NCBI GenBank assembly: GCA_033442325.1
Contig: JAWQFM010000028.1
Span: 833,295 to 897,294 of the forward strand
Length of the DNA: 64,000 nucleotides
Source: Salpingoeca rosetta
Lineage: Eukaryota > Protista > Choanoflagellata
Reading direction: 5' to 3'
The number at the start of each line of letters is the position of its first letter. The stretch's first letter is position 1. Made by a program: the position numbers and the translations under genes. Under the pieces are notes generated by a model. That model saw only the letters and a list, made by a program, of their open reading frames with translations. It was not told where the DNA came from and ran no database searches. Positions 14,730 to 32,908 of the stretch are shown here, piece by piece.

Positions 14730-15175
14730 CAAAAAGGCGAAAACATCCTCGTGACACACACGCACGCAGGCACACGTGTTGTTGGCCTCGATGTTTGCGT
14801 ACGCTTGTTACACGCTGAGTCGATGTGTGTGAATGTGTGTGTGTCTGTGTCTGTGTGAATGTGTGAATGTGTGTGTGTGTGTGCTCTGGGCTTTGTTTGT
14901 TTGTATGACTTTGTGTACTTGGCAGTCATGCAACGCGTGAGAGACAAGGGACAAAACTATTCCAATGAACACGAGAACGAGCGAACACTATGCAAATCAA
15001 TCACTCACTACATTGCAAAACGAAAACAGACAAAGAAAGCAGAGGGCGGAACCAAACAAAACCCACACGCGTACACACACACACACACACATGCAAGAAG
15101 AGCGACATTTGAGCAAGCAACCAAAGCTGTGCAGTGCATGCTGCTCTGCCTGTTCCTCTGGATGGCGGCAGCAGC

Positions 15176-15723
15176 TCACGGGATGTGCTCTGGGTGGCGC
15201 GGGTACGGAATGACATCGCGAATGTTCTCCATGCCCGTCACAAGCATGATCTGGGGCGTTGGTGGGACACAACAAAGGGGGAGGGAGGGTGTGAGTTGTG
15301 TAAGTTTGAACAAAGTTGCTTGCATGCAAGAGCACCACCGTAAGCAAGCCGCCAAACGCAATTTCCCAACAACCCACACCACAACCCACAACCCACACCT
15401 CCACCACCACCACCTCCACCACCACCATCAACCAATCACCACGCGTGACCACGGATCACACTCGACGTACGAGGCGCTCAAAGCCGAGGCCGAAACCGGA
15501 GTGCGGCACGGTGCCGAAGCGGCGGAGGTCGAGGTACCACTCGTAGTCGCTCTCGTCGAGTCCGGCCTCCTGCAGACGGCGGCGCAGCACGTCAAGCCGC
15601 TCCTCGCGCTGACTCCCGCCAACGAGCTCTCCAATCTGATGCACGCGATGGAGTATGTGTGTGTGTATGTGTGTGTATGTGCGTGAGTATGTGTGTGAGT
15701 ATGTGTGTGTGTGTGTGAGTGAG

Positions 15724-15771
<48 letters not shown>

Positions 15772-15945
15772 TCCTTGGACACGGGGGGAATTAAAGGGTA
15801 GATCTATACGGCGAATCCGAATGCCCGGTTACAGCGGACTAGCGGGAAATCGCCGGCTCGGCTCTCCGTGGCTGCCCCGCCAAGTGAGAAGACCAACGAC
15901 GTAGATGTTGCGACCACATAGATAACATTACATATATTGCCTATT

Positions 15946-16009
<64 letters not shown>

Positions 16010-16481
16010 AACTATCTGAAATGACAAGGAAGCACCAACAACCACAACCACAGCAGCAACCCCTTCTGTCTCTGTCCTCGGGTGGAGCTGGCGTGTGTAC
16101 CTTGGGCACGAGAATGTCCATTGCTGCGACGGAATCAAACTCGTCGTGCGTCTCGCGCATGTAAAACGCCTGCAGAAGAACACACGCGGCGAAGCAAAAG
16201 GCACGTGAGAGAATGCACATGACGACAACGAACAACCAGTTGTCACCACCACCAACAGCAGGACGAGGCGTGAGCTTGCGCTGACCTTGATCTCCTTCGG
16301 GTAGTTGTAGAGGATGACGGGGCCCTTGTAGATGTGCTCGGTCAGGTACCGCTCGTGCTCCGTCGCAAGGTCAATTCGCTCACCTGCAGAGGCCGTGGTG
16401 TGACGGTGAGGCAGGGTGGGGAGGGAGGGAGGGAGTTGACAGGGTGATACTTACACACGCACACACACATGCACACACACA

Positions 16482-16515
<34 letters not shown>

Positions 16516-19178
16516 CACACACACAGCTGCTGCTGCCGTACCGACTGGGATCTCAAAGAGCGATTTCTTGCCGGCCTTCTCCTCGTCAGTCTTGGACTCA
16601 AATGCAGCCTGCAGCTCAAGCAGCTGCTTCACCGCATCTGCACAGTTGAGAGGAGACAAGACGTTTGCATGGATATGTGCAAACACATGCGTGTAAGAAA
16701 CGTGTCACAGGAGTTGTCACATCCTCTGCACTACCCAAGGTCGCGCTTGCATCACCTCTTCACTACCGACACACCACTGACTGACCCTTGTACTCGACGC
16801 GAGCAAACTGCTTGGCGGTGAGCTCCGTGACGCGATCAATGACGGTCTTGTCGACGAACTTGGCGAAAAAGTCGAGGTCCGCACGGCAGTTGTCCAGCAC
16901 ATACTGGCAACAGTATCGCACATAGTCCTCCGCACACTGGTGACAGGAGTGAGGGGAGGGGGGAGGGGCGCAGGGAAGGTGGTGGTGTGGGGATGGACGG
17001 CAAAACGGGGGACAGAGGCACGCAGGCGTGAGCGTGAATGTGTTTGTGGAAACAAGGAAACATGGAAGCATGTGCAAGTTGGAGCACAACAATAAACAAG
17101 CGATAAGAAGCAACACATCAACACGTACGTCCATGCAGCCTGTGAGGTCGCAGAAAGCAATCTCGGGCTCAATCATCCAAAACTCAGCAAGATGCCTGAA
17201 GGCACAGAACACAGGACAGGCAGGAAACATCAGCAACATATGGTGGTGATAGCGATGGTGGTGGTGTTAGAATGGAAGTTCTTCCAGCGCAAGCAATCTC
17301 ATTCTGGCAGTGCGAACCTGGTGGTGTTGGAGTTCTCTGCGCGGAAGGTGGGCCCAAACGTGTAGATGTTGCCCATCGAACACGCATACGACTCGCCCTG
17401 CAGCTGCCCAGAGACAGTCAGGTACGCAGCCCGCTTGAAAAAGTCCTGTTGTTGTTGTTGTTGTGGTGGTGGTGGTGTACAGTGATGAGCAGCTGTGAGG
17501 GAAGCACGCGAGTGTGCACAGGATGGAGAAGAAGGCATGCGCCACAGACACCGCAAACCTGAGCTCGAAAACGCAAACAAAGCGGCAGTCAAGCAGTGCT
17601 GCCGCACCTTTGTAAAGTCAAACTGCTTGTCCTCTGTGCGCGGGATGCCGTCGCGTGCGAGGACGCGCTCCTTGATGGCCGCGAGCGCCGCCCGCTTCTC
17701 CTGCAGCACTGCATCCGCCGCCTGGGCATGGAAAGTGGTGGTGATGAGAGGTGGAGATACGTGTTGGTGGGTTGAGATACGTGGCGGTAGGTGGTAGGTG
17801 GAGACAGGCGGGATGAGGGCGTAGTAAGCGACACAGGGAGCAGCACAGCGAGTCATGTTTAACGGCGTTGCAGTTGTTCGTGCCAGTAGCGGTGGAGAAT
17901 TGCGCATGTGGTACCTTGATGGTCTTCTTGTTGCGCTTTGCATCGCGCATCTCCTGCACGGCCGCCTCTTGCTCGGCCACGGCATCCTCTGGCAAGCCAG
18001 GCGGTTGGGGGGTGATGGTGAGTTGCAGGGAAGAGGGTGGTGTCATGTGTATTGCACAACAGTGCAGTAGAGAACACACACACACACACACATACACACA
18101 CACACACACAAAGTCGCAGACACACATAAACACACACTTACATACACGTGTACACACAGACTCGCATACACACGTGCACACACCTGCTGCCTTGACCTCC
18201 TCGTCGGATGGGAGCGGCGTCTCGAGGACCTTCTCGGCCTTGGAGAAGAGGGTGGTGACCTGGAACATCTCGCCAGCTCCCTCGCAGTCGCTCGCCGTGA
18301 TCAGCGGCGTGTGCAGGTACATGAACCCGTTGTCGCTGAAGAAGCGGTGCGTGGCCTGTGCCAGCGCGTTGCGCACGCGAGCCACAGCGGAAATGATGTT
18401 GGTGCGCGCGCGGAGGTGGCAGTGCTTGCGGAGAACCTCCAGCGGGATGCGCGCCTTGGCAATCGGGTAGCTGCCCTCAATCAGGCCAGAGTGCACAACC
18501 TCCTCAATGTCAAGCTCAAACTTCTGCTCCTTGCCCTCTGGAGCCTTTACAATCTGCACAAGAGCACAAAGAAAAGCACAGCGCCGTGAGACAGACAAGG
18601 GGAATGTAGTTCAAGCGTGTGGGCGCGAGGCGTATGAACACTGCCCATCCAACAAGGCTGCAAGGCTTCCGACGCCAAGCACGCTACCTTGCCGCGAAGC
18701 AGGACGGAAGCGCCGGTCTTGGTGAGGGGCTTGTACAGCTTGATGGCCTCCTCGTCGCTCTCGTCAACCTTGCGCTTGCACTGCAGGTTTCCAGGGCACG
18801 AGCCATCGTTCACTTCAAGGAAGAACAGCGTGCCCTTCTCAGCAGCGCGACCTTGAGAAAAGGATAACCAGCAGCAAGGGAAAGGATGGATGAAAGTGGT
18901 TGTGTGGGAGCGTGAGGGGAAGAGTGGTTACGTTGGAGCGTGAGGTCGAAAGGGGTGTGGAATGAACGGCCAGAACAGGCAACACAGACGCAGGCGCAAT
19001 CACACACCTACAACGCACCTTTCTTGACCCAGCCGCCGACGGTGATGGTCTGCCCAAGGAACGACTCCCACTTCTCTTGCACCTCGGAGGCGTACATGCG
19101 ACCGTCGATGCCGTACGCCTTCTTGGTCGACGTCACAGCCAGCCGCTGCACCTCTTGCTCAAGCTTCGCCTCAGACAT
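15176..19178 (-). CDS. asnS: Asparaginyl-tRNA synthetase, bacterial/plant type, with an internal WHEP-like helical insertion
   Basis: [118 protein letters not shown] and [10 protein letters not shown]. Confidence 0.95.
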
Positions 19179-19361
19179 GGTCGTGGGATGGTGTGTGCGT
19201 GATGGTGTGAGTGTGTGGAGGGGAGGATGAATGGTTATGCTGCGTGGTGTGGTGGTTTGGTTTGGTCGTGGCATGTGTTACACTGGCCCACAAATATGAC
19301 ACGGACCTATAAAAAGAAGAAACACCCAAAGTTTTGTGTGTGTGTTTGTGTGTGTCTGTGT

Positions 19362-19404
<43 letters not shown>

Positions 19405-19582
19405 TGAGTGTGTGTGTGTGTGTGAGTGAGTGTGTCTGTGTGTGTGTGTGTGTGTGTGTGTCGTTTGCTCTCTAAGGAAGTCTCTTTGTGACGATGATCC
19501 TGCCGTGTGACGTGGCTTGCGCATGTGTATGCCCAAAAGAACTCAACAATAGAACAAAACACAAAACAACTCCTCGTGTCAT

Positions 19583-22270
19583 TCAAGCAAATGATTCCTC
19601 GTCATCGTCATCAGCGGCAGCATCACCGTGTGCAGGTGCTGCCCGGGCACCGGTTTCAAAGGCATGGATCAGGCGAGCAGCGGCACCAACGGGCACGCCA
19701 GTCAGCGCTTCTTCCGTCAGGCGCCCCCTCTCCTTCATCGCGCGCAACACCTCAAAGCTGGTCACCCCCAAGGCCGCGAGCGCGCCACGCGCATCGGCAG
19801 AGAGGTGCAGCGACGAAAGCCACTCCTCAAATGAGACGATATCACGTTTAGCAGCGGCCACAGCCATGCGCACGTGCTTCGCCATCCTCGCCGCATCGGC
19901 TTCGCGGTCAACGTGGTGCTGGAGTGACATGACGCCGTCCATGTCAAACAGAGACAGCACCACTTCACGCACGCTCTTGTGCTGCTGTGGAGGCCGCAGG
20001 TGCAGCACTTGTGTGAAGTACTCGTCGAGCGCTGCCGCCGTCTCCGTGCTCACCACATCCGGCAACTTCATCGCCAGCCGCTTCATGTACTCGGGCGAGT
20101 CATACTCGCTCGCCGACGCCACACTCATTGCGTGGCTGCTGTCGTGCCAGGCGCTGCCAACGAAGAGCGGAACAATGCGGCGGAGGCGGATCTTGTCCTG
20201 GTGCTGGCGAGCTACCTGTTGTAGCTCCAGCATCGCCATCCACTCCAGCAGCACGTTGTCACAGACGTCAGTGTGGCCGAGCGAGCGCATCTGATAAATG
20301 GCGGCGACAGACACGACGGGACAGGCGATCACGCTGTGCTGAAGAGCTGTCATGCACGCGTGCTTGAAGTTGACGCCTGCCTCGAGGTTGTTGGCGTCCA
20401 CAAAGACCACCAAGCCATGGTGCTCCAACTTTGGGTGAAGGGTCAACACCAGGCCCCGGTTGCCGCGTTGCCTGTGCCGTTGTGATGTGGGGTGGTGGTG
20501 GTGGTGAATGTCGGGGTGAGAAGGGCAAGAGGGGTGAGTGAGGCAATGGAACCAGTTCGCATCACACACACACGCACATACACACACACTCCCTCTCACC
20601 TGTAGCTGATGAAGGCGTCGTACTTGTCCTGCAGCCCGAGGACTGGCAGCAAGGGGCGATACTTGGTGCTCAGATCACTCACCCTCACCAAGTCATCACC
20701 CACCCACATGTCCTGCTTGCTCTTGTGGTGGTGCAGCACGTCCTCAAAGAACAGCGATTTCTTCTTGTTGTATGGCAACAACAGGTTGGCCTTGAGGTCA
20801 GGATAACGCTGTGAGGCGGCGGTGGTGATGATGTCGTACAGCACGTGCAGCAGCGTGCGAGGTCGCTCGCTTGTGATCTTGATCTTGATGCCGCCAACTG
20901 CGGGCACAAGCTGCAGCTCCACTGTAGTCGTGTCGATGAAGAGGATGATGTGTGTGCGGCTCAGCTTCGGTTCCTGTGCTGCTGTTGACTGTACACCTTC
21001 CAGCACACGTGCCAACACAACTGTGAACAGTCCTTCTGGCAGGAACGATGCTTGCTGTGCATCCTCAACTCCCACGCTCGCGGTCTTCTTGAAGTCAGTC
21101 AGGCTGAACGTGATGTAGGCTGTTTTCTCCTCATACGCGTCGTAGGTGTGGGCATCTTTGGCTGCAGTGGTACTCAGTATCGCCGATGATGTCTCTTTTC
21201 CCTTCAGGGTCATGGGCAGGTTGGACGGCACCAAATACTGCTGCTGTTGCTGCTGCTGTTCTTGCTGTTGCTGTCCGGCCTGCATCGTCGCGGGTGAATA
21301 TTCCGCACACAACCCGTACTCCATCATGAGTTGGAGGAAGGGCTCAACCATGTCATCCCGCACATCCTTCCACAGCACACCCAGCAGACGGCGGTGCAAG
21401 ATACCGCGATCAACGAGATCGTCCCACACGCCAGGGCCGAGTGCCCTCGCCTCGCCATCACGCACATCGCGGTGCAGGTCAAAGTTGCGGATGACGCGCG
21501 TCATCGTGTCCACCGCCCACTGCGGACTCAGGATCACGAAATCCTCCATGCCTGGCACGTGGTCGTAGTACAGCACCATCGAGTACAGGTGCAGGAACTG
21601 CAGGCAGGCTCTCGTCTCGTCACGCGTGCGCAGCCCACAGGTGCGCGCAATCTGCACCACCTCGTCAAAGGTGAGCAGAGGTCGTTTCTCGTCGCGGGCG
21701 ATGGCGTTGAGCTTGTCGTAGAGGTGGAGGTATGGCACAGCCACCTCCTGGCTCACGTACTCCTGCGCCAGGGCTGTGGAGGAGATGGTCTGGCGCAGGT
21801 CCTGGATCATGGGATCACGGATGGACTTGGTGTTGTCAACGGGCCAGAACCACAGGCTGCGCTTGTCGTTGTGGATGACGCCAGGAAAGGCCGGGTTGTA
21901 ACGCAGATGACTGTGGATGTCACGGGAGAGCTGTGTGTGAAGCGTTCTGCTGCGCACTTTGTCGGCGTGCGTGCCGACGATGAGGACGGGTGCGCCTTTT
22001 GCATGGAGGTGGAGGGAGGAGAGCCAATGCTCCATAAACTCCCACGTCTCAGCTCGCTTGCTCTCATCTTGGTGCAGCAGGTCCTCCATCGAGAACACCA
22101 GCAGGTACACCGCGTACCTGTGGGGTGGGGGGGGGTTAGGGTTAGGTGAATGGAGGAGGGGTGGTGGAGAGTTGAAAGGGTATGGGGTGGGCCGCACGCA
22201 GCCAGCACACACACACACACACGCACACACGCACGCACGCACACACGCACGCACACACACACACACATGC

Positions 22271-22304
<34 letters not shown>

Positions 22305-25300
22305 CACACTCACTCTGTGAGGAAGAAAGGGTGGAAGATGTAGAAGGTGGACTGGCCGCCCAGGTCAAACACCTTGAACGTGACCTGCGCTTCGTCCAAT
22401 GCGCCGTCCAAATCCATCTCCCTGATGGCCTTTTCAACATCTCCTGGCGACGACGAGTACGCAGCAAAGTGCGGTGATGGGCTCGGTCGTGGCTTCGGGA
22501 CAGTGGACGGTTTCTTCGCGGTGCTGGTCGTCGATGGTGAAGAAGATGGGCTGGCGGAAGTGGTACGCTGCGTGCACTGCGACGGCGTGGGCTGCACTGG
22601 CGACTGCTTCGCTGTGTCGGTGGCACTCCCCTGATCTTGTTCCTCACCGCGCGGTGTGTGTTGGCACGTTGCTTCTTGCTGTTCTCGTTGTTGCTGTCTC
22701 ACGCGCTGCTGGTGCTCAGCCGCTGCCCTGTCTGCACGCTGTCTCATTTTCTTGGCCAACTTGGTCTTTCTCGCCAGCGCCGTGTCTCGCAGCGTACGCA
22801 GATACTCCGACAGCCTGCCATCCGTGGCCTATGAAAAGGTGTGTGTGTATGTGTAAGTATGTGTGTATGTGTGTATTTGTGTGTGTGTGTGTGTGCTGGT
22901 GGAATGCGGAGGTGCGCGGTGCAGGGGTGCATTCACTCTCGGTCACGCACGCGCGCGCACACACACACACAATGCGCACCTTCCAGCTGAAGACATCCTT
23001 GGTGTTGACAATGACTGCAGTGTCGTGGGCTGTAGCGCCTCGGGTCGAGTCTTGCGTCCGCTGGAACCTCTTCCCCATCAACGAGCGAAGCGTGGTTGTC
23101 TTGCCAGCCCGCCCCTCACCAACAAACATCAGTTTCGCGCGTGCCGCCATCCGCGTGCCGGAGCGCTCAGCGATATCGCTCATGATGGACGTCATCTCCG
23201 CATAGTGGCGGGGCTGAAAGGAGTAGAGAACAGGGGAGTTGGTATACATGACGCGATGCATTCAAAACCTTGTGGTCAGTTGTGACACTGCACACGCGCC
23301 CACGCACACACATACATTCACACGCGTGCATGCACACGCACGTGCACGCCCAAGCAACCTATCACACACGCATGACTCGCTGACCTGAGGATGCGAGAGA
23401 AGCGTTACAATGTCGCTGTTGCCACGCTGATGCGCAAAGTCCAACGCAGTTTTGCCAAAAAGCTAAAGAAGGAGAGGGATGATGAGTGGGAAAGTCTCAG
23501 CATTGCTTGACCAGACAGAAGGTACGGTGACATGCACCAACTCACCCATCCAGTCTTGACAGTGGGGTTGGCGCCCAGTTGGAGGAGAGTACGAACGACG
23601 CGAAGGCGGTTTTGGTGACATGCAATGTGAAGCGGTGTCCATCCCTGTTGAGTAGGTTAAGGGGGAGGGTGTGTGAGAGGACGCGAAGGTAGACCAGAGA
23701 CGTGAATGATGAAGGCTGTGAGATACGTACATCTTTGTCTGCCTTGTACACGTCTGCTCCCTGCTCAGCAAGATACCGCACAACAGCCTCGTGGCCATTC
23801 TGACACGCGATGTACAGCGGTGTTGTGCCCTGATGAACCATCCCATTCAATCCGTACAAATCAACACAACACAACACAACATGAACCACACGTACACGTG
23901 CACAACAAAGTGACAAGGGTGAGAACAACACACAACACAAAACACACACATGCACATTCAGCTGCAGTAATTATACCTGCTCGTGTGCAACAACACACAA
24001 CACAAACATACACACACACCACCTCAAACAAACACCACCACCACCACAAACAACAACACTCTCACACGCAGTACAGCCAACAGCATTCGTGCACACAGAG
24101 CAGTAACAACACAACCTTAAAACAAAACAGAAAAAACCGTACATTGTTGTTCGCCTGGTGCACGTCTGCTCGCTGCTCAACAAGATACCGCACAACAGCC
24201 TCGTGACCATTGAAGCTCGCTGTCCACAGCGGTGTTGTGCCCTGATGCACCATCCCATTCAATCCGTACAAATCAACACAACACAACACAACATGAACCA
24301 CACGGACACGTGCACAACAAAGTGACAAGGGTGAGAACAACACACAACAGAAAACACACACATGCACATTCAGCTGCAGTAATTATACCTGCTCGTGTGC
24401 AACAACACACAACACAAACATACACACACACCACCTCAAACAAACACCACCACCACCACAAACAACAACACTCTCACACGCAGTACAGCCAACAGCATTC
24501 GTGCACACAGAGCAGTAACAACACAACCTTAAAACAAAACAGAAAAAACCGTACATCGTTCATCGCCTGGTGCACGTCTGCTCGCTGCTCAACAAGATAC
24601 CGCACAACAGCCTCGTGACCATTGAAGCTCGCTGTCCACAGCGGTGTTCGGCCCTGATGCACCATCCCATTCAATCCGTACAAATCAACACAACACCACA
24701 TAACCACACAACACAGTGGTGAGCGTGAGAACAACACACAACACACAACACACATGCACATTCAGCTGCAGTAATCATGCCTGCTCATGTGCAATAATGC
24801 CACGCACACACATACATGCAACATGTCAAACATCAACACGACCACCACAAACAACAACAGCAACGCACGCTGCGCAGCCAACAGCACGCGTGCACACACA
24901 GCAGTAACAACACAACCTTAAAACACAACGAAAAATACGTACATCGTTCATCGCCTGGTGCACGTCTGCTCGCTGCTCAACAAGATACCGCACAACAGCC
25001 TCGTGGCCATTGAAGCTCGCAATGTACAGCGGTGTTGCGCCCTGATGCACCATCCCATTCAATCCGCACAAATCAACAACACACCACAACACCGCACAAC
25101 ACAGTGGTGAGCGTGAGAACAACACAAAACACACATGCACACATGCACATTCAGCTGCAGTAATCATGCCTGCTCATGTGCAATAACACACAACACAAAC
25201 ATACACACACATTCACTTCAAACAAACACCACCACCACCACCACACAAACAACAACAAAACTACAAACGCAGCACAGTCAACGGCATGCGTGCACACACA

Positions 25301-26072
25301 ACAATAGCAACACAATCTTAAAACAAAACAGAAATAAACGTACATCTTTGTCTGCCTTGTGCACGTCTGCTCCCTGCTCAGCAAGATACCGCACAACAGC
25401 CTCGTGGCCATTCTGACACGCGATGTACAGCGGTGTTGCGCCCTGATGCGCCATTCCATTCAATCCACACAAATCAACACAATACCACATGCACATACAA
25501 GCACATCACAGTGACAAGGGTGAGAACAACACACAACACACATGCACATTCAGCTGCAGTAATCATGCCAGCTTATATGTGCAGCAATGCCACGCACACA
25601 CATGCACGCAACATGTCAAACAAACACCACCACAACAACAACAGCAACACACGCAGCACAGCCAACAGCATGTGTGCACACACAACAATAACAACACAAT
25701 CTTGCCACGAAACAGGAAAAGACACCTCATTCGCTGCCCTATTGACGTCTGCTCCCTGCTCAACAAGATACCGCACAACTGCCTCATGTCCGAAAGCACT
25801 TGCCCAGTGCAGCCCAGATGCGCCCTGCAGAACCCCATGTCAATGGTCAGCGACAACCCATGAGTCTGTGTTACGCCAAGCTCACTTTTCTCCCAATCGC
25901 AAAACAAGTGCACGCCAAGTGCAAGCACAGGTGTTGACAGACTCACGAATTCTTCATCCAGCTCCTCGTTGACGTTCGGCTTTGCTCCACCTTTGGCCGG
26001 ATCACCTTCCAACAGCAGGCGCTTGACCTGGTCCAGGTCCCCTTGCTCGCAAGCGTCAATCAGCGCGCTCAT
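19583..26072 (-). CDS. ROCO protein: ankyrin repeats - Roc GTPase - COR - TIR - SAM-like domain, 13 exons
   Basis: Exons 26072-25947, 25824-25726, 25442-25344, 25041-24943, 24653-24555, 24241-24143, 23829-23731, 23644-23546, 23462-23385, 23213-22980, 22828-22314, 22117-20600 and 20471-19583 join in frame. Roc motifs: KLMFVGEGRAGKTT, FDLGGQSTFYIFHPFFL, GTHADK. COR motifs: LQFLHLYSMVLYY..VILSPQW, FLPEGLF. TIR: YDAFISYR...VFVD..LEAG...DNVLLEW. C-terminal SAM-like: FEEWLSSLHL..LGV..GVPVGAAARLI. Confidence 0.88.
23731..25824 (-). repeat. Tandem array of about 382-412 bp units, each a 99-nt ankyrin exon plus its intron
   Basis: Exon starts 25824, 25442, 25041, 24653, 24241 and 23829 are spaced 382, 401, 388, 412 and 412 bp apart. 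Intron motifs (cacattcagctgcagtaat, ccatcccattcaatccgtacaaatcaacac) recur, and the units at 23830-24241 and 24242-24653 have near-identical introns. Confidence 0.95.
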
Positions 26073-26646
26073 GGTTGCGACGACGCAGTGCGTTGTTTGA
26101 GCGCGTGTGTGTGTCCGTGTGTGTCTGTGTGTCTGTGTGTCTGTCTGTGTGTGTGTGTGTGATCGCGCTGATGCTGTTCCTCGCTTGTCTGCTATGCTTT
26201 GCTTGCCGTGCCTTCCTGTGGACTGTGCCTCTGTGGGTTTGATGTGTCCTTCTCAGCGCTTGTTGTCTGCGTGAGCTGCTGTGACTGTGTCCTTCTTCGC
26301 GTCCTCTGCTTCTCTGCTGTTGTCCTTCTCTGGCTGTTCGCTTGGCTTGATTTCCGTTGAATGATTTCCACCAAATTTCTCCTCTCTTGTTTCCCCCTTG
26401 CGCCTCGCCCTCCACAACCACACCAACAACAACGACAAAACTCTACCACACACAATTGACAGCAGCAGCCTGACCAACAACAACAGCACAACCGCTAAGG
26501 AGAAGAAAGAAGAAAGCAACTTGTCCTGCGTCGCCACCCCTTTGCTTGATTGCTGCTTGGTGTCCTTCCGTTCCCTTCGAAACTCGAAGACTGAGTGAGC
26601 GCACGCACGAGGTTTGGCTGCCCAAGCGCTCGCAGTTGTTGCCGCC

Positions 26647-32500
<5,854 letters not shown>

Positions 32501-32786
32501 TGGTAGTGGTAGCAGTCGCGATGCTGTTGCAATGGCATGTGAATATGTTGTGCGATTGCGTGTGTTGAGACGTGTGTTGGTGCTGGTGTTGTTGTTTCTC
32601 GCGAAACGATGTGCGTTCGTGTGCGTTTGAAGAGGCAGAGAGCCCCTGTTACATTGTGAACGGATTTCTGGCTGAAGAGCAAATTTGAGTTCATTAAACA
32701 ACCGCAAGCAACACACGGTGCCACAAAGGTGATTCGGGGGAAGCGCAGAAGGGTTGAGTTAACAGTAAACACGAAGCAGCAGTTAC

Positions 32787-32847
<61 letters not shown>

Positions 32848-32908
32848 CACATCACACACAGATCCCATCACAACACGAAGCAGCAGCAGCAGCACAGATT
32901 GGGCCCCT

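Noticed and set aside
23731-25824. Regularly spaced repeats as a CRISPR array or transposon
   Set aside because: The units are about 400 bp, contain spliceable ankyrin exons and have homologous spacers. There are no cas genes or terminal repeats, and the context is eukaryotic.
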